A DNA stretch of 61,368 bases, counting the filler. It is 6 parts of 6 records of this genome, joined end to end, with 100 filler letters (N's around TTAATTAATTAA, not from the genome) between each part and the next. Parts side by side here need not be neighbours in the genome. Positions count along the whole stretch, not along the records: positions 54,713 to 61,368 come from DRR378314_812; 5 more parts are not named here. One strand, 5' to 3'. Positions 55,025 to 61,368 of the stretch are shown here, piece after piece. Within the stretch, counting starts at the first letter, position 1. Each line of letters starts with the position of its first letter. Both the position numbers and the translations under genes were made by a program. Below the pieces are notes generated by a model. That model made no database searches, was not told the origin of the DNA, and saw nothing but the letters and a program-made list of their open reading frames with translations.

Positions 55025-56857
55025 TCAAACCTGTCGTACTGCGCCTTTTGCGGCACTGGTCGCAAGTTTGGCATATGCCTTAAGTGCCGTCGAAACTTTG
55101 CGTTTACGCGGCTCTGCAGGCAGCCAGCCTTTTTCATCCTGTACCTCGCGCCGGGCCGCGAGATCTTCGTCGGACACCGCGAGGTGAATGGTGCGGTTGG
55201 GGATGTCGATCTCGATCTTGTCGCCGGTTTGCACCAGACCGATCTCACCGCCTTCGGCGGCTTCCGGTGAAACATGGCCGATCGACAAACCTGAGGTCCC
55301 GCCCGAGAACCGCCCGTCGGTCAGCAAGGCGCAGGCTTTGCCCAGTCCTTTGGATTTCAGATACGAGGTCGGATAAAGCATCTCTTGCATCCCGGGGCCG
55401 CCGCGTGGCCCCTCGTAGCGGATCACCACCACGTCGCCTTCCTTGACCTTGCCGGTCAAGATGTCGCTCACCGCCTGATCCTGGCTTTCGCAGACATAGG
55501 CCGAACCGGTGAATTTCAGGATGTTCTCGTCCACGCCGGCGGTTTTTACGATGCAGCCATCTCGGGCTATGTTGCCGAACAGCACCGCCAGACCGCCATC
55601 CTGACTGAACGCGTGTTCTTTCGAGCGGATTACGCCACCTTCGCGGTCGGTATCCAGTTCCTTATAGCGGTTCGACTGGCTGAAGGCCTGCGTAGTGCGC
55701 ACGCCTCCGGGCGCTGCCTTGAACAAATCCTGCGCCTTGGGATTGTTGGCAATCTTGATGTCCCAGTTGGCGATCGCCTCACCCATCGTACCTGAATGCA
55801 CCGTATTGCAGCCTTCGTGCAGCAGGCCCGCGCGGCTGAGTTCGCCGAGGATCGAGAAAATGCCCCCGGCGCGGTGGACGTCCTCCATATGCACGTTCTC
55901 GGTGTTCGGAGCGACCTTGCACAGGCAGGGCACCTTGCGGCTGAGGCGGTCCATATCGGACATGGTGAAATCAACCTCGCCCTCATGTGCGATGGCTAGC
56001 AGGTGCAGCACAGTGTTCGTTGACCCACCCATGGCGATATCCAGGCTCATCGCGTTTTCGAAGGCATCGAAGGTGGCGATTTCGCGGGGCAGGAAGCCCT
56101 TTTCGTCCAGATCATAGTGCCGCTTGGTAATTTCGACGATCCGGCGACCGGCCTCAAGGAACAGCTCTTTTCGGTCCGCGTGGGTCGCCAATGTCGAACC
56201 ATTGCCCGGCAGGGCCAAACCCAGCGCTTCGGCCAGACAGTTCATCGAGTTCGCGGTGAACATGCCGGAACAGGACCCACAGGTGGGGCAGGCGTTTTCT
56301 TCGATATGCTGGACCTGTTCGTCAGTGAACTTGTCGTCAGCAGCAGCGACCATCGCATCCACAAGGTCGATCTTCTTGGCGTCCAGATCGGCGATATCGA
56401 TTTTGCCAGCCTCCATCGGTCCGCCCGAGACGAAGATCGCCGGGATATTCAGGCGCATTGCGGCCATCAGCATGCCGGGGGTGATCTTGTCGCAGTTCGA
56501 AATACAGACCATCGCATCTGCGCAATGGGCATTGACCATGTATTCCACCGAATCCGCGATCACTTCACGCGATGGCAGGGAATACAGCATGCCGTCATGG
56601 CCCATGGCGATACCGTCATCCACAGCGATTGTGTTGAACTCTTTTGCGACACCGCCTGCGGCCTCGACCTCACGCGCGACCATCTGGCCAAGGTCCTTCA
56701 GGTGGACATGGCCGGGCACAAACTGGGTAAACGAGTTCACGATGGCGATGATCGGTTTGCCAAAATCATCGTCGCCCATTCCAGTGGCGCGCCACAGGCC
56801 ACGAGCACCGGCCATGTTTCGGCCATGGGTTGAGGTTCTGGATCGGTACAATGGCAT
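55025..56857 (-). CDS. ilvD: Dihydroxy-acid dehydratase
   Basis: [50 protein letters not shown]. Confidence 0.98.
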   Translation of the reverse strand: MPLYRSRTSTHGRNMAGARGLWRATGMGDDDFGKPIIAIVNSFTQFVPGHVHLKDLGQMVAREVEAAGGVAKEFNTIAVDDGIAMGHDGMLYSLPSREVIADSVEYMVNAHCADAMVCISNCDKITPGMLMAAMRLNIPAIFVSGGPMEAGKIDIADLDAKKIDLVDAMVAAADDKFTDEQVQHIEENACPTCGSCSGMFTANSMNCLAEALGLALPGNGSTLATHADRKELFLEAGRRIVEITKRHYDLDEKGFLPREIATFDAFENAMSLDIAMGGSTNTVLHLLAIAHEGEVDFTMSDMDRLSRKVPCLCKVAPNTENVHMEDVHRAGGIFSILGELSRAGLLHEGCNTVHSGTMGEAIANWDIKIANNPKAQDLFKAAPGGVRTTQAFSQSNRYKELDTDREGGVIRSKEHAFSQDGGLAVLFGNIARDGCIVKTAGVDENILKFTGSAYVCESQDQAVSDILTGKVKEGDVVVIRYEGPRGGPGMQEMLYPTSYLKSKGLGKACALLTDGRFSGGTSGLSIGHVSPEAAEGGEIGLVQTGDKIEIDIPNRTIHLAVSDEDLAARREVQDEKGWLPAEPRKRKVSTALKAYAKLATSAAKGAVRQV

Positions 56858-56896
56858 GATGCTGTTTCCCTATTACCCAAGCTGCGATATTGGGTG

Positions 56897-56938
56897 TGTA
56901 CGTTATAGCGCACGTATCATATGTACGTTATAACGCAC
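56897..56938. promoter_or_regulatory. Twin near-palindromic operators between ilvD and the XRE regulator
   Basis: TGTACGTTATAGCGCAC (56897-56913) and TGTACGTTATAACGCAC (56922-56938), 25-bp period. Confidence 0.8.
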
Positions 56939-56961
56939 AAGACAAATCGCAAGGCCTGGGT

Positions 56962-57534
56962 ATGGAATCGGACGAACTAACACTGAAACTCAGGGATGTT
57001 CGCGCAGCGTCTGGGCTGAGCCTGTCCAAGGTGGCCGAACTTACCGGGGTTAGCAAAGCCATGCTGGGTCAGATTGAGCGCGGCGAATCAAGCCCGACGA
57101 TCGCGACCTTGTGGAAGATCGCTAAAGGCTTCCAGCTTCCGCTAAGCGCTTTGATCGGTACCGCTGCAATGCGCGATACAAAAGATACCGGCGTATTCAG
57201 CACTGTAACTTTCCCGGGCAGTATCGAGGTCAAGATTGTCTTCCCCTTTGATCCCGCGTTGGGGGCAGAAACATTTCACGTCGATCTGTCACCGAATCAA
57301 AGCCATGAATCGCCCGCCCATGCAGCAGGCGTGACCGAAGAGGTTTTTGTACTGAACGGAACGCTGGACGTCCTGCGCAATGGAAACTGGGTTCCACTGC
57401 AAGCCGGTCAGGGGTTGCGGTTCGCGGCTGACGTGCCACACGGGTACCGCGCCGGTGATCTGGGCGCGGCCTTCCTGAACATGCACCACTACTCGCAATC
57501 GACCGAGATTTTGGAACAGGATCGAACACACTGA
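56962..57534 (+). CDS. XRE-family HTH + cupin regulator (SutR/YdcN-like)
   Basis: TGVSKAMLGQIERGESSPTIATLWKIAKG HTH; FPFDP...H.AGV.E.V...F.AD.PH.Y cupin. Confidence 0.9.
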   Translation: MESDELTLKLRDVRAASGLSLSKVAELTGVSKAMLGQIERGESSPTIATLWKIAKGFQLPLSALIGTAAMRDTKDTGVFSTVTFPGSIEVKIVFPFDPALGAETFHVDLSPNQSHESPAHAAGVTEEVFVLNGTLDVLRNGNWVPLQAGQGLRFAADVPHGYRAGDLGAAFLNMHHYSQSTEILEQDRTH

Positions 57535-57803
57535 TGACTGCATTTATTGACAGCCTGACCTTCGTGGATGCCATCGGTTCTTTCGAGGCATTGATTGTAG
57601 TTGCGGCTTATTTTGCCACCCAGATGCGAATGATGAACTCGGATGATCTGGCTTTTCCGATGGTGAATTTGATCGGCTCGGTTCTGATCGTGTTTTCGCT
57701 GATGCAGAACTTCAATCTTGCGTCGATGCTGATCGAAGGGTTCTGGATTATCATCAGCGTCATCGGGATCATTCAGTATTTTCGCCTGCGTCGGGTGCGG
57801 TAA
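57534..57803 (+). CDS. Small three-TM membrane protein (CBU_0592-like)
   Basis: AYF...NLIGSVLI..SL...FNLAS.LIEGFWIIIS; translationally coupled to the regulator. Confidence 0.75.
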   Translation: MTAFIDSLTFVDAIGSFEALIVVAAYFATQMRMMNSDDLAFPMVNLIGSVLIVFSLMQNFNLASMLIEGFWIIISVIGIIQYFRLRRVR

Positions 57804-57896
57804 ATCCAGAACGACTTGGGCGCTAGCGCTATCCAGCCTTGAACCAGCATCCCACCAAGTATAGGGAAAACCCAAGCTCGCTTAGGGGAGGCTTTG

Positions 57897-58751
57897 ATGC
57901 AGGACGATCCAAAAACCCTTGTTTCTACCGAATGGCTTGCCGCTCATATCAAGGATCCGGATTTACGGATTCTGGACGGGTCTTGGTATTTGCCGCAGCA
58001 AGCGCGGGATGCTAAGGCAGAATATGACGCGGCCCATATCCCGGGCGCACGCTTCTTCGATATTGATGAGATTTCAGACCATCGCTCGGACCTGCCGCAT
58101 ATGGCACCTCCGGTCGAGAAATTCATGTCCCGCCTGCGGGCCATGGGCGTTGGCGATGGCCATCAGGTAGTGGTCTATGACGGCGCCGGGCTGATGTCAG
58201 CGGCTCGCGTCTGGTGGATGTTCCGCCTGATGGGTCAGGAAAACATCGCTGTACTGGATGGTGGTTTTCCGAAATGGCAGGCTGAAGGGCGCGAGATTGA
58301 GGACCTGCCGCCGGTGATACGGGATCGTCATATGACTGTTCGGGTGCAAAACCATCTGGTTCGCGATGTTACGCAGGTCTCAGCCGCGGCCAAGCTGAAT
58401 GATCATGAGATCATCGATGCCCGCGCAGCTGCCCGTTTTGCGGGGGCCGAGGCCGAACCGCGTGAGGGTCTGCGTTCGGGCCATATCCCGGGCTCGCGCA
58501 ATGTGCCTTTTGGAATGCTGCTGAACAAGAACGGCACGATGAAATCGCCCAACGATTGCCGAGCAGTGTTCGAGGCCGCAGGTGTGGATTTGTCAAAGCC
58601 TGCCATAACATCTTGCGGGTCTGGCGTGACCGCCGCGATCCTCAGCCTTGCGTTGGAACGCATCGGAAAAAAAGACCATTCGCTTTATGACGGCTCCTGG
58701 GCTGAATGGGGTGCCTTCCCGACCCTGCCCGTCGCAACCGGAGAGAACTGA
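57897..58751 (+). CDS. sseA: 3-mercaptopyruvate sulfurtransferase
   Basis: HIPGARFFDID, LPHM, active-site loop CGSGVTA, LYDGSWAEW. Confidence 0.95.
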   Translation: MQDDPKTLVSTEWLAAHIKDPDLRILDGSWYLPQQARDAKAEYDAAHIPGARFFDIDEISDHRSDLPHMAPPVEKFMSRLRAMGVGDGHQVVVYDGAGLMSAARVWWMFRLMGQENIAVLDGGFPKWQAEGREIEDLPPVIRDRHMTVRVQNHLVRDVTQVSAAAKLNDHEIIDARAAARFAGAEAEPREGLRSGHIPGSRNVPFGMLLNKNGTMKSPNDCRAVFEAAGVDLSKPAITSCGSGVTAAILSLALERIGKKDHSLYDGSWAEWGAFPTLPVATGEN

Positions 58752-59935
58752 TGTTCGAGAACCTTAAACCGCAGCCTGCCGACAAGATTTTAGCGCTGAT
58801 GCAGATGTACCGCGAAGACCCGCGCGATCAGAAGATTGATCTGGGCGTAGGTGTCTACAAGAATGCCAAAGGCATAACCCCGGTAATGCGCGCGGTGAAG
58901 GCCGCCGAAAAGCGCATTCTCGAAGAGCAGGAGAGCAAGGCCTATACAGGTCTGGCGGGTGACCCGGCTTTCGCGGATGCAATGATCGGCCTGATCCTCG
59001 GGAATGCTGTGCCTCGCGCCAATATTGCGGCCGTCGCCACCCCCGGCGGCACCGGCGCGTGCCGTCAGGCGTTCGAGATGATCCGCATGGCCAATCCCTC
59101 GGCCCGTGTTTTTGTGTCGAACCCGACCTGGCCGAACCACCTGTCGATTCTGAATTATCTGGGGATCGAGACGGTCCAGTATCGTTATTTTGATGGCGAA
59201 ACCCGTGGCGTCGATTTTGACGGCATGATCGAGGACCTGAAAACTGCCAATGCGGGTGATGTGGTTCTGCTGCACGGCTGCTGTCACAACCCAACGGGTG
59301 CCAACCTGAACATCGTGCAGTGGCAGGAGGTTGTGAACCTGATCAACACCCGCGGCCTCGTTGCGATGATCGACATCGCCTATCAAGGCTTTGGCGACGG
59401 TCTGGAGGAGGATGCGCAAGCGGTCCGCCTGGTGGCCTCGTCGGTCAAGCGTTGCCTAATTGCGGCGTCTTGTTCGAAGAATTTCGGCGTTTACCGCGAA
59501 CGTACCGGCCTGCTGATGGCGATCAGCGACGATGCGGCGCAGACGGCGCTGAACCAGTCCACGTTGGCGTTTCTGAACCGCCAGAACTATTCGTTCCCGC
59601 CTGATCATGGTGCTCGTGTTGTTACGACGATCCTGAATGACGATGCCCTGCGCGCCGACTGGGCGACTGAATTGGAAGAGGTTCGGCTGTCCATGCTGGG
59701 TCTGCGTCAGCAATTGGCTGACGAATTGCAACGCCTTAGCGGATCGGATCGTTTTGGCTTTGTCGCGCAACACCGCGGCATGTTCTCGCGCCTTGGCGCG
59801 GCCCCGGAACTGGTCGAGAAGCTGCGCGTGGATCACGGCATATACATGGTGGGCGACAGCCGCCTAAACATCGCCGGATTGAACGCAACAACCGTGCCAA
59901 TTTTGGCGCAGGCCATCATCGACGTTGGGGTGTAA
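58751..59935 (+). CDS. Aspartate/aromatic amino acid aminotransferase (class I, AspC/TyrB)
   Basis: KIDLGVGVYK, LHGCCHNPTG, DIAYQGFG, SCSKNFGVY.ER.G; TGATG overlap with sseA. Confidence 0.94.
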   Translation: MFENLKPQPADKILALMQMYREDPRDQKIDLGVGVYKNAKGITPVMRAVKAAEKRILEEQESKAYTGLAGDPAFADAMIGLILGNAVPRANIAAVATPGGTGACRQAFEMIRMANPSARVFVSNPTWPNHLSILNYLGIETVQYRYFDGETRGVDFDGMIEDLKTANAGDVVLLHGCCHNPTGANLNIVQWQEVVNLINTRGLVAMIDIAYQGFGDGLEEDAQAVRLVASSVKRCLIAASCSKNFGVYRERTGLLMAISDDAAQTALNQSTLAFLNRQNYSFPPDHGARVVTTILNDDALRADWATELEEVRLSMLGLRQQLADELQRLSGSDRFGFVAQHRGMFSRLGAAPELVEKLRVDHGIYMVGDSRLNIAGLNATTVPILAQAIIDVGV

Positions 59936-60109
59936 CGTCGCCCCCTGAACTCAGGCCAACCCAGCAAAGCGACGCAATATGTTGGCCCCAATCCCCAATA
60001 TAGATCAGCATCTTGGGGGATTGGGGCGACTACGGTGGACTAGACGACGCGCTTGTATATTGGGTTTGCAAGATGCAAGAGCGTTCAACCAGTTACTTTG
60101 GAGCAGTCT

Positions 60110-60835
60110 ATGGAATTCAGGCGTTTCAAGTCCGATCAACTCGTTGACTTTCAGGTCTTTGGTGAACGGCGTTCAGGTACAAATTTTCTTTCTGCCCTCC
60201 TGGCAGAGACGTTTGAGCTGGACGAAACCTTTTCCTACGGCTGGAAGCACGGCGTACCTGTCATGCCCTGTATCCAATCTAGCAGCCTAATCGCCGTTAT
60301 TGTTCGTAATCCCCTTGATTGGGTTCTGAGCATGCATGCCCGGCCATTCGCAAGCCCGGCGATGACGGATCTGTCGTTTTCCGAGTTTATCCGAACGCCT
60401 TGGCAGTCGAACTACAGGCCCGGCGTACTTGGCCGCGTGAAGTTCGGACTTCGGGGATTTCCGGTGGCGCGGAACACACCACTTCAATACGACCGGCATC
60501 CCATTGAAGGGCGATGTTTTTCGAACGTATTCGAATTGCGCACGATCAAAATGAAAGCCCATATTGGATTTCTTGAGCGCGACGCCAATGTCGCTGTGGT
60601 GCGATACGAGGACCTCGCGGCCGATGCGGCCGGGTTTTTGAAGGCGATCTCGAAGACCTTCGATCTTCCGATAAAATCTAATGCCACCTTGCGCGTTGGC
60701 AGAGTTGGGCCAAAAACGGGGTCAAAGCGATTGACGCCTGCAGATATCAGCAGTGAGGACATGTGTTTCATGAACGACCAATTGGAGCAGACATTTGAAA
60801 TGCGGTTTAGCTATAATGAAGTGTTTAACCGATAA
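60110..60835 (+). CDS. Sulfotransferase-like protein
   Basis: VFGERRSGTNFL (5'-PSB-like), VIVRNPLDWVLS (3'-PB-like), VRYEDL; ATG after GGAG. Confidence 0.7.
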   Translation: MEFRRFKSDQLVDFQVFGERRSGTNFLSALLAETFELDETFSYGWKHGVPVMPCIQSSSLIAVIVRNPLDWVLSMHARPFASPAMTDLSFSEFIRTPWQSNYRPGVLGRVKFGLRGFPVARNTPLQYDRHPIEGRCFSNVFELRTIKMKAHIGFLERDANVAVVRYEDLAADAAGFLKAISKTFDLPIKSNATLRVGRVGPKTGSKRLTPADISSEDMCFMNDQLEQTFEMRFSYNEVFNR

Positions 60836-60867
60836 TCGGCACGAAACTCTGAACAGGTTTGCTAATG

Positions 60868-60896
60868 AAAACTGGCCCTGCAATATGCAGGGCCAG
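60868..60896 (-). terminator. Intrinsic terminator of amtB
   Basis: CTGGCCCTGCA/TGCAGGGCCAG stem with an A-run on the left. Confidence 0.75.
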
Positions 60897-60956
60897 CCAG
60901 TGTTTGAGGTTTTGGTGTAAGACTGATCCGGTGTGGATCCGACCGACGTCTATGGC

Positions 60957-61368
60957 TTAGCCCTTTGAGAACTCCGGATACGCTTCCATACCCAGCTCTG
61001 CCATGTCTAGGCCGTTGATCTCGTCCTCCTCGCTGACACGGATGCCGACGGTGGATTTCAGGATGGTCCAAAGGACTAGCGCGGCAGCAAATGTGAACAC
61101 ACCGTAGGCGATGATACCCAGCAGTTGGCTGCCAAGGTTGGCCTCACCATAGAAGATCACGGCGATGGTGCCCCAGATACCGGCGAACAGGTGAACCGGG
61201 ATCGCGCCAACGACGTCGTCGATCTTGAACTTGTCCAGCATTGGGACCGCAAAGACCACGATGATACCACCCACCGCACCAATCCAAAGTGCGCCAAACA
61301 GGGTCGGGGCCAGTGGCTCGGCGGTGATTGAAACCAGACCGGCCAGCGCGCCGTTCAGCACCATGGTG
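60957..61368 (-). CDS. amtB: Ammonium transporter (5' part outside the window)
   Basis: NGALAGLVSITA, KIDDVVGAIPVH, IRVSEEDE..GLD..E.G..AYP. Confidence 0.95.
   Translation of the reverse strand, partial: TMVLNGALAGLVSITAEPLAPTLFGALWIGAVGGIIVVFAVPMLDKFKIDDVVGAIPVHLFAGIWGTIAVIFYGEANLGSQLLGIIAYGVFTFAAALVLWTILKSTVGIRVSEEDEINGLDMAELGMEAYPEFSKG

Overview
This window is not one locus. It is six unrelated contigs joined by five identical artificial 100-bp linkers (N44-TTAATTAATTAA-N44), probably from a marine metagenome or a non-axenic protist culture. Taxonomic labels are my inference from gene content and protein style. (1) 1-8687, eukaryotic: a spliced gene with at least five bromodomains. (2) 8788-31201, Halomonas-like: cbiB/cobT, an Entner-Doudoroff and sugar cluster (edd, glk, AKR, fructokinase, GH32, AraC/MFS, eda, pgl, zwf), malEFG, trkH and kdpDE, with HexR-, LacI-, MalT- and KdpE-like operator candidates. 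(3) 31302-37107, eukaryotic: a complete six-exon eIF5 gene and the last exon of a convergent SET/post-SET gene. (4) 37208-43272, Rhodobacteraceae-like: acnA, DUF1223, lipid A acyltransferase, a solitary fliG, a secreted TPR protein, a 53-aa secreted peptide and purB. (5) 43373-54612, Marinobacter-like: TM2 protein, wax ester synthase, RND pair, AraC with two DUF1254/DUF1214 genes, nirD and a REP-like repeat. (6) 54713-61368, Rhodobacteraceae-like: ilvD, XRE-cupin regulator with twin operators, sseA, aminotransferase, sulfotransferase-like gene and amtB. I found no CRISPR array, tRNA, rRNA or transposase. The best candidate for an undescribed system is the peptide/TPR pair, which share a C-x2-G-x2-YD-x2-T-x-SC motif at identical residue positions. 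Next are the penta-bromodomain protein and two apparent regulatory rewirings (XRE-cupin to ilvD, KdpE to trkH).
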